From positions 4,588,001-4,652,000 of the forward strand of contig JBLDXI010000013.1 in the NCBI GenBank assembly GCA_047495785.1: DNA of 64,000 nucleotides, given 5' to 3'. Each line of letters begins with the position of its first letter. Positions within the stretch are counted from its first letter, which is position 1. The notes beneath the pieces are model-generated. The model was not told where the DNA came from, did no database searches, and saw nothing but the letters and a program-made list of their open reading frames with translations. Of this stretch, positions 25,219-40,600 are shown in pieces. This DNA comes from Lepidodermella squamata. Lineage: Eukaryota > Animalia > Gastrotricha. A program made the translations under genes and the position numbers.

Positions 25219-28200
25219 GCGATCAAAGCTAGCTATAACAAGAGCTATATTCAAATTAATGTATCAAGATATAAATATTCAAAAACGATCCGGAATTTGG
25301 TATCCTAAAATTAGAGCATTTGATGCTTCCAATTGTACAATGCAAATCGCATGATTTCTAATGTTGAGATGTTTTTTCATTCAGAACGCGCACGTTTTTC
25401 GCGTATTTTCTCATTCATAAAACAGCAACGCATTTTTACGCACAGCAATAATTTTATTTCTATTGCACACACAAAACGAGTAGGTACAGAAGGCGAGTGA
25501 AGCGAGCCTGGATGAGGTGTTGAAACGAATCGAAGCAAAAGTGGAACGAGTGCGGAGACGAGTTTCAACGTTTCCCACTTTTTAGGCCACTTATCGCAGC
25601 CTATGCTTTTTATTGAACGTAGTATCGCCAAGCAAGTGACTCATTCTTCGTGCGGCGAGTGCCAAGTTATTGCCCTCAATAAAGCACTCACACACACACA
25701 CATAAACACGCACCTTCGGTGTTAGCAATAATGCGAGCGTTGCAAAACTAGCGCGAATTTCAGTAAATTGACTTCGCTCTCTACGGTGGTCATAATTTCG
25801 CTGAGCGGGGCAAGTTCAGCGGGGTACTAGCTGATGCTCACTTTCAGCACAAAATTTGATTCAAATGAGGTGAAAAAACCCGCATAACTTTTCAGAAGTC
25901 CATGAAAATTGGAAGCTGTTAGATCACTCGTTTTGATCCTAATCTCGAAAATCGAAAACGCTCCCTCGAGTAAACGGGGACGAGTGAAAAACGAGCAAGC
26001 GGAACGAGGCGCAGCCGAGTGGAGCGCTAGTTTTTTCACGTGTCGAAGTTTAAGAGCGGATACTTAACGGCGGATTGTTTTCGCATTTTTATTAGATGAA
26101 GAATTGAAACCCTATATGTATTGAAGAGCTTTATAGGTGTCATGGAGAGGAGAAGTACGGCGTTTCGGAAAGTTGTCTAGAGTACCAGAATTTTTTCGTA
26201 CCGGTCTAAAATTTATCGTAGCGATTGCTACCAAGTAAAGTCAATGTAAACGTAATGGAAACACACCTGTTTCACAGAGTTTCATTTCAAATCCATGCAA
26301 ATTTTAAAAATTTTGCACATATTGCGCAAATGCCGCAACAGGTGGGAATGCCTCTTCTTGCACGCAAGTCTTATTCTCATTAACAAGACGACGCTCAAAA
26401 TCAGCCTTGATGATGTGCAGATGACGGACTCGATGAGGGCGCGACTCTGAGAGTTCCGTAGGAACGTAGTTCCTTTACATACGTTTACATATACGCCATA
26501 AATTACTACGAACGAAGTGAGATTTCATCCAAAAGGGGGGGTCCGAGCCCAAGTTGGTTAATAGGGCATACTCCAAAAAATCTGGAAAAATCAGGGCATG
26601 ATCCTGGATCCCTCAGGACCTCCCAACATCTTTTTCAGCTCAAACGGAGCTTCCGTTGATTTTCTAGAAATTAGAACGTTTTTTTCCTATTTTACCGTAT
26701 TTTTTGGTCACGTGACAGGGCAGTAGGAGGATTGCAGGCCGTAGTAGGAGGATATGATAAGGACACCAAAAAACAAACCACGCTGACCAAAGCTTCCCAG
26801 CCAGCTGACAGGCTGGCCCCTCGCCCCTGGGGGAGAGGGGCGCACAACAGACCAACAATGCAAGCCAACGACCAATGAGCAAACGACAAAACGGCAATAT
26901 AAATAAAAGTCAAGGTCGATTGAAAAAACCTGCAGCAAATAATTTGTGCATTTCAACGTCCAAGGTCGAGGGTTTGAACCCAACCCCTCGTTTAGCTGCT
27001 CTGGATTTCTGCCATCCTCATGCTTTGGTTCTCGGCGTTTTCGTAACCTCATGATAATAACTCCAGTTTTTTCGGAATATCGATTCAACTTGTCAATGTT
27101 ATTAAATTGTTCTGAGCCTAACTTTTTGGCAATTTTTTTGAAAATTTACAATTTCAAGTTCCGCTGTCGATGGAGTCTTGCGATACTGTCTAACAATAGG
27201 TTTAACAGTTGTAGACGACCCATACCCTGGTTTAACTGCTTTGCATTGATTTCTTTCATCGTCATGCTCTCGTTCTCGGCGTTATTGTAATCACCGACAT
27301 CGATTAAACTTATCGACAAAAAGGAAACGACAAAAGAGGAAATCTTACTGCCTATGAATTCCAATGTCCAAGTTCCAAGGTCCAATGTCGGGGGTTCGAG
27401 CCCAAGCTATTTAAGCTAAATTCGTAATGACAATTTTTATGAAACTTGAAAATTCTTAGGAAGGTCATGGGTTCGAATGATTTCTATCATCCTCATGCTT
27501 TCATACTCGGCGTTGTCACTTAGGTTTAGTGTTTAATTTAATTAGGTTATTTATGAATATTAAATCAGAATATTAAAACGTTGGTGCTTACCATTGGTTT
27601 ATATTTGGGGAGAGGGGGATCACACATCCCCTCCAATGACCTGGAGGGGATCTGGAGGGGTGGTTTGAATACTCAAGCCGTGCGCAGCACCCAGGAGAGA
27701 AGAGAGAAACAAAGAAAAAAGGCCACGCGCAGCTGGATGAGTCTCCTGGATGAGTGGCGCCGAAAAAAATGAATTTGCCGGAGGCAACAATCAAAAATTC
27801 CAAACCCGCCTTTACCTTTTCGACATAACGTAGTAAAACACCCCCCTTGAACAGCATCTAAGCAACTGTAAGGCCCACGTCCTCGAGCTTGGTGTCATTC
27901 GATAGCCCGTCATTTCAATATGCCAGCAAACCTTTTTCAGCCAGTTCGGGTGATTTTCCTATTTTTGGTGAATTTTTGAATGATTTTGTCGAAGTTGTTG
28001 TTGTTGTCGATCGATTGCAAAAAATCGATAACCGATAACGAAATATAGGAGGATAGAGGTAGGCGCTTAAAAAATGAGGCTTGAGAAAAAAACGTTGCCC
28101 TAACCTTGCCCTCCCCCAGGTGGTGGGGGAGGGCTTCAAAGCTCCAATGCTTTTGATGACGTCAGGATGCGTCGTCGAACTTATTCAGCTACAGCGATCG

Positions 28201-31200
28201 CAGTGTCTTACGACGCGACAGTCTACAACAGGTCATATTATGTCAAGTGCCAAGATTGTTCTTGGGCGTTGATAGCTCTGCACGGCTCAATAAGGTATGC
28301 ATTGTTCATTCAAAAAACTGTCCATGTTCTGAAGTTTTCAATGTACAAAGGAAACTCAATACACGTGTCCCAAGCTGCAGCTTCTCCAATTAAAAAATAC
28401 CCGTGCACCCTCAAAACGACTGCTATTCCACTTCATTCACCATAGCGTAATGTTTTCAGGTCAGCAGGACGTGCGCAGTTTAGGAAAGGCCCCCAACTTT
28501 GTTAATTGAAAAATTGCGGAAATCCAAGCGCGAGGTAGTCACAGCTCTTATTTACCCCTCAAACTGCCTAGAAGTGGGCCGTACTTGTCACTTTCCCGCG
28601 GTACTATGAGAATAGCTTTTCCTGACTTTTCCTCTCATTTGTGTGCCCGCTTGTCAAAAAATCGTCAAGTTCGTTATAAAGCATCTGATGTGACATCATC
28701 GCCTAGAAGCTAAATGGACGACTGACGAATTCGTCAAAACGTGCTTTTTTACTAAATGTGACGTTAAAATAATAATGCAATAAGGCCATCCTTTAGTTAT
28801 GAATAGCAACGCGTTCAGTTTTGAGGTTTGAAATCCGCGGAACGTGCAGAGCTGTCTCATTGTCATGCAAACGCATGCTAAGGGTGAAATGAGGTTTTGC
28901 TTCGCCGCATGCTTCATCAAAAATAAGCTATTAGGGCAAAGCTCTAAATGGCTAAGAACACTATTTCAAGCGATAAGAAACACTACCAGTGGGTTATATC
29001 AGAAGAAATGTCGGAATTAGGGTCAGTTTCAGCGGAAAATTCGACTTCAGAACAGCTCTACGATGATTATGATTTTTTGGCGGCAAGGCGCTTGAGAACA
29101 TTTTCGACTGTGAATGAAACGGAACTACCGTATTTCTCGAATATTTACCTCGAATATTTATGAGTGAATGATTTTTTATTCGGGTTGTATAAATGAGTGG
29201 GATATAGAATACGGATGTACTATTTAATTGCGAATAATCACTAAAAGCCGTGACCAATTCATATCAAGACGACGCGTTTGGATTATTTTATTGGATTATA
29301 TTCATTGAAAAAGTGAAAAAGTTAAGTTTGGCCTACAAACAAAAACAATCATCATTGCAATCATTGCGATAGCGATTGCGATAATCAGTGATTAGGGTCA
29401 TGCGTTATTATTTAGGCATTCAATTTTTTTCAACGCGTGCATCGCTAGAATTAAAGTAGCTGTGTGTCAATTTCGAGGCTAGGGTTAATAATGAACTAAT
29501 GATTTTTTCGTCGGGTTGTCATAGGTAGCATGGATACATCGTTAACAGCGGCCAAAACAACCACAAAGATGACTCATTCAATCGTACTTCTAGCCACATA
29601 GCGTAATGGTGAAGTACGTTAGGCTTTTTGAGCACCGATTTTTTCATCTATCGAACGAACTTTCCTCATAAAATCTGTAAATAGTAAAGTGGTTGTTTTG
29701 GCGCGTCGCAAACGATATACTTTCTAGAAATACGGTATTTACTATTTCGATACCACCAGCTCGGAAACCAGCGGCAACGTTGCTAGCACAAAATTGAGTG
29801 AGGCCACTAAAGAGGTGTTTCAATAAGCTGCTTCAGGAAGACCGGAACATTTTTCAGATCTGTCAAGCCCTTGAATCTATTGCGCCGCATTACCGCTCCC
29901 CAGCCCTCTTTAGATGGAACATGATAGATCAATTAATCCGGTGAAGCTGCGGGGACTCGAAAAAAGTCGACGTTTTCTATGCAGATTTAGGCTGCGATAA
30001 AGGTTAAGATGTGAAACTATCCATCCTCTAATGTTGTCAAAATCTCGCGGTGCAAAGGTCAACATCTGCAAAGTAAACAAAAACGCGTGCCAAAGCATTT
30101 AATAAGGTCATTTTTCTCTCATTTCTACGAAAATTGTCTCGTCCAAAATGAATGAAAATGATACGCCTGTAATTTTTGATGGCTTTCAAATGAATCAAAG
30201 CTCATCGCGCGCCAAAACAGAGAAGACGCGCTATTGCTAGACAAAAGCGGTCGGAAACTTTTGAAATTGAAATTGTTTGACATTTGCCGGGACGGTAAAT
30301 TTCAAAATTAGAAAAATTATAAATAAATTTAGGTGCGCCTAATTCGCCAGCAGAGTTCCAAATGTTCTCACTATCTAACTGGCCTAAGCTCCAATATTTC
30401 TCCTGATTTTTTTCCGTTTTGGCATCATAGGTTTCCCAAAACCGTGTCCATAGGACTCGTGCGAACCTTCAGGTTTCCCACGGGCTTCAAAATGACAAAA
30501 TGACAAAAATAGATCCCCACTAAGAAACGAGGCATTTTTCGACCATTTTCAGACCCAAAATTGAAAGAAAATTGTCAATTTCGCTCGCGAGTAGCCTACT
30601 TACGAAGACGTTTAATGACAGCCTCACTGATTAAGGGACGGTAATGTATACAATTAATTTTTTAAAACTGATCCATGACTTATGTCTCCTGCTATTTATT
30701 CAATCCACCTTTATTTTGGTTTGTGTTTTGTGAATAAAACATTTTTTTTTAATAAAAATTCGACTAAAGACATTCTTAGTCAGTTGATCAAGGTCCACGG
30801 CTTACGATGGTCTCAAAACTAGAGCGGCATTCACAAAATGTATGTGCGTACTGCATTCATACAAAACTCACCCAAATTTGGAAATGGTATAAGGGCAGCA
30901 GTCAACTCGGATTATGAATGCTCCACGGTTAACAAGTGCTATGAAGTACTTTTAGGTCAGGTTATGCCATTGAATACTCGGGTTTAGGCTGTATTCGGTG
31001 GTGAAATTATCCGACCTAAGGAGTGTTGGCTGTAGCTTGCAATGACCTCCTTAACAAGCCTAAGGCCGAGTTGTTCGGCGATGTCAGCGAAATCTATTTG
31101 CTTTAGCGTATTTTGCAATCAACTCGAATAACTCGTATTCGTATAGACGAATCTATTTGTTCGCTGAGGGCACTGAATGGGAGGGGGCCGAAACACCCCT

Positions 31201-31999
31201 CCCTTTGGGAGGGGCTTACGGGGTGGGATGGCATGCTGCGCAGTGGACTCTAACAACTAAACTATAGAACCGAAAAAAGCTGCTCGCTCTTCGGTATGCT
31301 GGATAAAATTACAGCTGTTTTAGAATGCTTGGTTTGTCTAGAGTCTGATGATGGTATGGCTCCAGTAATTTTTATCACAATTTCTCTTGCTGTGGTTGCC
31401 AATAATTTAGCTGTGATTTCACGCAAAAGGTGAAATACAAATTCACGACAAAAATTGCCAAGTGAAGAAAAATATGAATATCGAAAAATGAATTAAGGCC
31501 CGATATTATATTTACGGCGAAAATTCTGCAATTTGTGACCGCAGCTTTATGTGTCAATGTATCTGATTCTCTGGCCAGTTGGCCGGTTACTTCCAAGAAA
31601 GCCTAGTCATTTCGGATAGCGGCTATGATGATTTACCATAGATCATACTTATATTTGCAAAATCGATATTTGAAATCGATGCATGTTTTGTTATATCTGG
31701 GGAGGGAATCTATTGCCCTTTTGAATATATTAACGAAATAATACGAAAGATCTTCCTTTGATCCTCGATAATTGATATACAATTTGAAGAAAACATTATT
31801 GATAGCTGACAAAAATCAAGCGGTATTTTATTGCCGTAATTTTCGCCTCACATCTCTCCGAAAGCAAACACAAAGCCGAAATGAGAGCACACCACACATT
31901 TATGCGCAAATCAGCTCATAGAGGCACTTTTTCCTGAATTCATAGTGATTTTTGTTTATGGTTTCTGTTTGATTACGTATTATTGCTGCTGTTGTTAGA

Positions 32000-33409
32000 T
32001 CAGAAGAAGTCGACCGGCGTCAGTGGATTCGTCGACTCCTGGCCGCCGAACATGGCCGAGTCGGCGTAGCTGGGCGAGGCAGCCGGCGGGTCGGCGAAGA
32101 GCAAATAGCCGGAGAAGGTCGAGTACTCGCCGGCGATCGAACTGCCGCGGTACAGCAAAACGTAGACTTCATCGCCGCGCCGCAACTGCGCAACGTAATT
32201 GGCTACCTGTGCGTGTTTTTTATTTACAAAAGAATTAATTATAAAATAATCGAAAATCTCCCATCGGTCAATTGATTCATTAATTCTGTTGCCTAAAAAC
32301 TACTTTTTCAGCTATGACTGATTTTTTCAGCTGAAAGACGAAGGATCAAAATTTAGTATGATTCTATTTGTTATTGAAAAATATATTTACCGATCCGCCG
32401 TCTTGAGTCGAGGCGTAAAGGGCTACAGCATGATAGGATCCATGCATGATGAAAGCAGTGATTCCAGCGCCGGCCGTTTGCGCGCGCAGGGTGACAAAAA
32501 ATGCGTAGATGCCCCCAATGGGCGCCACAAATTTATACGAGTATTCATTGTATCCTTTGCCAGCATTGAGGCGGACGTCCTTGAAAGCCGTAGCGTTGTG
32601 CTGGGACAAGGGTCCTTGTGGCTCTGGGGCCATGGCGAAGAAGGCGATTCGGTCACGTGATGCGGCGGCAACGGGTGGTCCAAAGCCTTGTGGTGCGGGT
32701 GGCCCCGGCTCACCCTTCTCACCCTTCGTTCCGTCTTCACCTTTCGGACCTCTAAAACGAGAATAAAGTAAAGAGTGAGTTCAAGCAAGATTCGCATGTT
32801 TTAAAATTTTATATCAACTCGCAATCAAGAGGATCTTTGATTAGGTGATTGGGGTGACATGTGAAATGGGTGATGTGGGTGATGTGGGTGTCCCAAAACA
32901 TGACTTGGGACTTCTTTAGTCACACTATCACCCAATAGATGACTAGAGGGATCCCAAATGGGTGATTCTTTGGTGCCTATTTTCATGAAATTTCTGGTTC
33001 TCTGGGACCTTGGATCCCCAGCGCCACCCAGATGCTCCAGGGTGCTGTTGTGAAACCGAAGTTTGGTTATTTTCTCTGTTGAAGAATCACTCATGAAATT
33101 TTATCACTAAAATACTTACCGTCGGCCCGGTCGTCCAATCTCCCCTAGCTCGCCCTTTTCACCCTTCGTACCCATCTGACCAGGTATGCCAGGAATACCC
33201 GCCGTCGCAATGCAACAACACTGGTTGCCGCCATTTTGGCAGCACTCTCGCTTGTCGCCAGTCGCGTAGACGCTACTCTGGCCGCCCGGCCCAACAGGAC
33301 TCAACGGAATGTTGTTATCCTGCGCAAGAAACGACTTGATCTGAAACTCCTCGCCGTAAACTAGCAGAATCGAAGCGGCAAAAACGGTTAATTTAAACGC
33401 CGCTGCCAT
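32000..33409 (-). CDS. Secreted collagen-tail C1q-domain protein (C1q/CTRP-like); exons 33409-33120, 32751-32391, 32206-32000
   Basis: Signal peptide, Cys-rich N-segment, Gly-X-Y repeats (GIPGIPGQMGTKGEKGE...GPKGEDGTKGEKGEPGPP) and gC1q motifs IAFFA, F.DVRLNAG.GYN...KFVAPIGGIYAF, QLRRGDEVYV, STFSGYLLF. Confidence 0.92.
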
Positions 33410-34690
33410 TTCCCGAAAATTTCGAACCGAAAAATGTGTGTATTCTACTGGCGTTGTATTGTTATTAGGTTCGTCAAAACAAGTTGTGATGGCGACAACA
33501 ACGCGCTCTGGAACCAATAAATAACAACAAGTTATCGAATTACGCCGAGACAGTAGAAGTAGTCGTGCTCATCCTCGGGGCGGTTCTTCGCATCAAATTA
33601 CGCGGGTCAGTAAATTTGCGGCAAATCATCTTTCATCCGCGCATTAGTCGTCCGCCTTAATGCATTGCGACATTGGCGTTATCAAGGCGGCGGCACCTTG
33701 GTCGATACATACACTATACCCTCAAATCGAGCGTGAATTTTATGTTTGAAACACCCTGCTTGAGGCGACTTTCTAGCAGCTTCTATGATTTTCCACTTTT
33801 ATTTATACAACTCCCGTTATTCATTCATTCACTCGTCTTCTCTCAATTATTTGATTATCGCGACATACACTGCTGACGATTCTCATGTACACAACGACAG
33901 GTGAGACGATAGGTGTGGTCAGAAATCAATAGCAAAATTTGGTCAGAAGAACAAGAAGAAGAAGAAGACACAATAATCATCAACAACAACAACAATAACA
34001 GTAAAATTTGCGCAAGGAAGCGTCGCTCATCAATCATCCACTCGCCCATCATTACTATATATACGTAAAAATTATTTTCTCACTTTTTTCTGTAGAAAAA
34101 GATGCGCGTGTGAAATAAAGCGATATAGAATATTATTATAATATAATTAAACAATAAAATTTTTACAATTTTTTTCAACATTGATTGTGCCGTAGTAATC
34201 ATTTCCAGCGGTAAAAAAGAGTGGTCCTTAGGTCAGTATTTTTTCCCCGCAATTTTTTTCATGTAATACACATCGAGAAAGCTCATGTTAAATTAGTGTT
34301 TTTGTGTTCAGAAGCGCTGTTTTGGCATGCGGCGGCGAAAAAAATTAGTGAAAAATTAAACCCAGCCATCGACATAGAATTTCCAAGGTCAATTTTTGCA
34401 TGTCAACATAAATTATATTTATAGGCGAAATTGGCGGAAAAAACGTGGCTGCGATCATCAAAATAACGGAGTACGTAAAAAACGCGGAGACGGTGGACAA
34501 AAATTGGCGAAAAAACACTATAGCCATCACAGATAGCGGGATAAAATTAAACGACAACAACTTGAAAAATCGACACTTTTCTATCCTATGCAATGTTGAA
34601 ATTTGTAATTATTCACTCGAAAGAAATTGTTCCATGCCATCTTCCGGGTTCATTTTTCGATTTTTTTACGGGTACTTTTTGATTGATCAA

Positions 34691-37600
34691 CTACGCTGTT
34701 GTCGTAAATTTGCGAAGAGCTTCCTTTTCCTCGTCGGTCAGCTCGCGGTTCAACGTACGTCTCGCCGATTTTCTCTCCCGTAACCGCGTCCTAAATCGGT
34801 CTCGAGACGGTGATTTGTGATTGGCGACTGCCGTGCTGATGCACGCTTCCAGCATCGCATCTTCCATGTTCGTTGTGCTGCTCACGGTTGAAACCGGGCT
34901 CATATCTGAGCCGCCGTTCTGGCCGTAACCGTTACCGTTGATTGAATTTGTCGAATCGCAAACGGACATGTAAGCAGGTGAGAAACCATTGTGCGAAACA
35001 CGACGGCCTCGTTCTAAAATTATTAGAAAATTACAATAAAAATCATAGAAAAACCAATTTCGAATAATTAATAGTGAAAAATTAGGAAGATGTCAGGGGT
35101 ATAGATCAGAGAGTTATTATTGTATCTAGAATAATTGTATGAAAATTTAAATTTATCGCACTTTTCTTTCAGTTTCTTCCTAGATAACCTTTTCAGAACA
35201 TTAAATACCGTAACCAGGAGTAACTTTGCTCAAAACCATTCATTTTGAAGGTGGAAAATCTACAGAATGCGATTCTCGAGTTTCCTGCAAATTTTGGGGA
35301 TTTTTTATCTTTCACTAGTAATTTGCAAACCAAGGAACATTTCTGTCAATTTGGCTTTGTGTGTTTCAAGATTCGCGGTTAAAATTTGGATTGGGTAGAA
35401 TTTGGAATAAATTCAATTCAGGAAAATACGAGAGCATATTCAATCCAAAAACTGATTTTAGCGGGTCCCAAAACGAAATCTGAAGTCACATTACTAAATT
35501 TTTCTGAAAATGTATTTTCGCTCCAATTACCTCGAGTTTCATTTCAATTTATTACTTTCAATCCAATTAGTTCAAGTTCCATCCTCAAAACTCGAGCACT
35601 TGCATAGCCCAAGATGTCACCACGCGTTACAGTAGAAGAAACATTTATTAGAAAGGATATTCTCATGCACATTGTTTCTTAGGTATTCAACTATCCTATA
35701 TTAAGGATTTAATTCTATTCTAACATTTCTGTCTATGAGTATCTACGCATCTCATTTTACCTCGCACAAAATAAAAGTAACACCGCAATGGGTCAATCAA
35801 CGCTATTATTATCCAAGGTAAATAACACAAGTATTTTTTCCTCCGGTCAATATAACAAATATATGTATAATAAAAGCGCAGTCGGAAATTGACCACACAC
35901 CTATATAGCCTATATAGCTTACCGTCTTCGGTGAAACTCGACAGCGACGCCCGGCCGTTGTACTGAGAGCCGTTGCTATTCAAGTGACCGTTGCCATTTT
36001 GCATCGTCGGCTGCACTGAGAATCGCCGACTCGCACTCGGGTGGCGAGATGCGGCGGGGTAGTACAGGCTGTCCATCGACTGGTCTGTCGATAGGCTCGG
36101 ATGCTTCGTAAACCCTGTTGATGTGTTGTGAATGGCCGATGAATCCTCAATTGGACCACCGTTAGGTTGCTGCTCACCATATTGATCAATCTATTCATAA
36201 AAAATTCGAGTTTAATGAAAATTCGACGAAAAATGTTTAAAATTCGATTGGAATATTTCTCAGAATTTATGGAAAAATATATTTGAAAAATTTCTTCAGC
36301 AAACCAAAATTTAACGGTTTCGAAACAAAATCAATCAAACCCGGGCACCGAATTCAAATTATGCAAATTTTGATGAATTTCATGAAAAATTTATAGAAAT
36401 TAAAAATTAATTTATTTCAAGCAGAATTTAATCAACATTCTCTCATTTTCGTTCTTTCCCAAAAATTTAGAAGTCATTCTTTAAATTAACAATTCGAGAT
36501 TCGGTTTTGAATTTCCAAAATTTTCAAAACATGGTCAAATTTGTTCACATTTGAGAAAAAAATTTCAGCACTGTAAAACTTTGTCTTTCATTTTTTCAGC
36601 CATTTTCAGGTCATTTCAGTCCAATATTTATGTTTACCAAACTTACAATCATTTTTCCGCGCGTTTTCCTCCTCTCTCGGTTCCTGTCTTTTTTCTCGCG
36701 TTGTTGTAGCACTTTTTCGCGCGTCGTGCGGTATTCGAGCGCAAACTCGGACACGACCTTGCAAATATTGTTAATTTTCACCTGAGGACACAAAAAAAGC
36801 GCATTTTTAGTTCATCTTTCAATTGCTTCAGATTTTTCTGTATCCATACCGCTCTTGCTGCGGCTGGTGAATAGCCGAAAAATGCCAGCAGCTTGTTGAA
36901 GCGGTTTGTGACTCGATTGTACACAACGTTGAGTATCACAATTCTCTCGTGAGCGTCGTTCAAGAACTCGGACAGCCTGATAACAAACGGCGGCGTGAGA
37001 TGGCAAGATTATTTTTACTTCAAGGTGGATAATAAGTCCACTTACCTTTGTTTCAACTGCGACGCCGCCGGCTCATGCTTTGTGACGAGTTTCAAATTCT
37101 CATCGCTCATTTGACAGTCACGTTCCAAGCTGAAATACATACAAACAATAATAATAATAAAACGGTAATATTCGTTAACGCGAAACGACAATTTAACGAC
37201 ACAATAAAAGTATAATTATAAATACTCGTCATTAAATTAGAAGTATGAGAAAATTGCATGCTCGAGAATACCGAAAAATAAAATTAGATTATACATAATC
37301 AAAATATTTGAAGAGGCCAAAATGGCCGAAATAATGACGACCGTGGAAATTCAAAATACAAAATTTAATAATTTCTTTCAAGACCTCAAATTTTAGCAAA
37401 TTAAAATTAAAAAATTAAAAAAATTTGAAAAAAATTTGAGTTTTTTTATATTTTTTTATTCGATTAAATTTACCGTTCAAGTTTATCAGCCAGTTCTTCC
37501 CACTCGACTTTGGCGCATCTTGTAGTAGCACCAATTTCCGAATACAAATCGGTACTATCCGAAAATTGGTCGATAACAAGGTTCGCAACGTGGTACAGCA

Positions 37601-40600
37601 ACGAGTGTTTATAAACCGTGTCCTTAACCTCAGGCACGCGACTCAAATACTCGATATTGAACCCCTGAGCGTGAACTCCATTCAAACAATTTCCAACCGC
37701 GAGAAGGGTCGACATTATGTATCGAAGTGTCGAGTTATTTTGCAGCTCAACGCAGCATTGCTTTAAATCCATTAGCGGTTCGACGATTTCACGCTCCAGT
37801 GAGTCGAAATCGAGCCGGAACGCCCATAGCTGTAAACGAGCGTTGATTTCCGGTATTTGCGACAGCATATAGAGAAATTGCTCGGCAGTGGCTAGCGGCA
37901 CGCCTGGATTTGCTTGAATCGCGTCCTGAATTTTCACCTTCTCTTCTTCAGTCGGCAGCATTGTTGACATAATTTTCTAAAATATCAGCTTATTTAACAA
38001 AAAATCGATAAATAACTCGAAAAATTCAAACCTCGATTGCCTCGCGATTCATGACAGTCGTGTCCATTTTGAGGACAGCTTGTTTAATCACTCGAGGGGC
38101 GGGTAAGATGGTCATTCCGATATTGACAGCATTTGACCGTTTTGCATCGAGGACACTGATTTCCCTCGGTCGAGCCATATTCGAATCAGCATTGCTTTTC
38201 TGAAATAATTGAAACGAAAATAATAAAATAATGCAAAAATTCAAATTTTCTCAAGAATGCAGGTGAATATTTTTGTCATCAGCAAACAAAGTCAATTTTT
38301 CAAAGATTTTTCACGAAAATCAAAATGAACCCCAAAACGACATCATTTTTCGCGAATTTGATCAATTTTTCACTCGGCCCTGGTTATTAAACATGCGTTC
38401 AAACTGGGTTAATTCAAAATTTTGCATTCAAAACACCCGCATTCTCGAAAATAAAATATTAAAAAATCAACTCACGAAATCCTGTATGAGACAAGCGCGA
38501 TTGAATCATCATCAATGACATCGAAATTGCGACAGTGTCGAGCAGCCATGATTCAAATGATTGAAATGAAACGAAAAAAATGCACAAACAAGACAAGTTA
38601 TTTTATAGCGAAAAACACGGCAAACTGACTAGAAATTATAACTACTCAGAAAATACTAGTCTACTAAAATTGAAGACCATGCTTACAAAGAAATGAAATT
38701 CTCGAATTTTTATACATTTAATTCCATGCGAAAAACTTGAAATTAAAATAACCGACCTTTTGCTTAAGCTCAGTAGCTTTTGTTTCGAATAGATATTCGA
38801 ACTGATCTGCGTTGATTTGAACGTTAGGCAGTCGTTGCCAGAACGATGAGACGCCAACTGGTTGTAGGACCTCATCTTCCGCCCTGACTTCCCGCCAATG
38901 CAATCGGACCGTTTTGCGCTGTTTCTGGGTCGGAACCGGGGGTGGGGGAGGAGGAGGCCCGCCGCCGTTCGACATGCCGTTCGGCAGCGGGGGCGGCGGT
39001 GGGATGTTGCCAGGCATCATCGGAGGCGGTGGCGGTGGAGGCGCCGGCGGGATGCTAGACCCATTCGGTCTCACTTTCATGATGACTGAAAACACATTCA
39101 CGTCATCCTTTTCCGTCAAATCGTCGAAATCGAGGTCTTTCAGCCGCAACGGCCGGCGCAGCGTTTTCGCGAGTTCTGCGAAATTCTTGCGTAGCCGACC
39201 CACCCCGGCGGGTATTTCGAGTTCCGGTGCCTGGGCAGCGGCCTGTTGAGCCGCCATTGCTTGTACAGCCTGTTGGACGGCTAAACTGGCTGCGGATACG
39301 GCGGACTGGCCGTTCGATGGTCGCAACAAGGCCGAGCCTTCGACAATGTCGGAGGGTAGAAAACCGCGTCCGTTTTGATTTGGAGGCTGGTTTGATTGCG
39401 GAGGCATTGGCGGGGGTGGGGGCGGAGGAGGTGGAGGTGGTACAGGTATTGAAATATTGTTCTGAGCTGAAATTACACAGAATCCAATTAAAATTTCCGC
39501 ACAAAAATTAGAGACAAATAAGAAAGAAAATCCTATTTGGTTTCACTTTTGGAGTTTTCTATTTCCATTCAATAAGGCGAAATTGAAAGAATTGAAAAAA
39601 TTGATCATAAAATGAAACGTAAGTGAGCACAATTTTGAATAATTTTAAAGCGACATCTGAGCAAAATTGAATGGATCTCGAGGTTTGACCTCGACAATGT
39701 CCCCATTTAAATTAGAAATATCTGGAAAAAAATGTCCGTTCAAGTTTGCTCAGTTGTCGTTAGATCAAATCTAGGCATACAGATCAATAATTGAATTTTC
39801 TTTTCAGTTTTTTTTAAATTCAATGAAATTTTTACACACCACCGTGCATCATGCTGTTAGAAAATTCCACAACAAACTGCATCCAAAGGTCTTCATCGGT
39901 CTGAATCGACGCCTGCTTGACAATTCTCTCACTCGCCTCGCCGATGCCACTCGAATTAGACGGCGAGCGCGTGTTGTGCTGATCGTCACCCAGCTTCAAA
40001 ATCGGCCCACAAGGCGGTACGGATAGGGTTAGAAAATTTGAATTATCACCCGCGGTTAACACCGCGCAATTAACGTCAACCTCCGAAATCATTTGCAACA
40101 TTTTTAGATCTTCAATAGTCATCGTCTGCTCAGCAATTCCACACTCGACAGCTGCAGCAGTTAATTTTTGATGATTGAGTATATCTTGTTTCGTCACTTC
40201 AGTTGAAGGCGACGCCGAGGCAGGAGATAGCGAATCAGTGGTCAGCGTGGCTGATTTTACGGAAAGATCCGGCTCGATAACACAGGACATTGGAATGTTT
40301 ACGGGCGAGGTTAGGGAATTCGTGCACGAACTACTAATTGCAGTACTAGTAATTGTTGTTGTTGTTGTTATTGCCGCTGGCGAAGTAGAGGAAGTCATCG
40401 ACACCGATCGGCCGACGACGGTGAAAGCTGTAATTTGAAACAAACACACGGCAAAATAGAATCATGCAAGGTTATTGATGCAATGAAAAAATATAAAATG
40501 CAAAAAAACAAGGTTATTTTGATTTTAGATCGAAAGGTAGACGGAATTTTTGGAATATTTTGAGATTAAAAACGTTAATATTTTCTATTCAAAATAAGAT

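Noticed and set aside
25377-31600. Numerous 60-130 aa ORFs in the accessory block
   Set aside because: No recognisable motifs or consistent splice structure, so probably chance ORFs in repeat debris.
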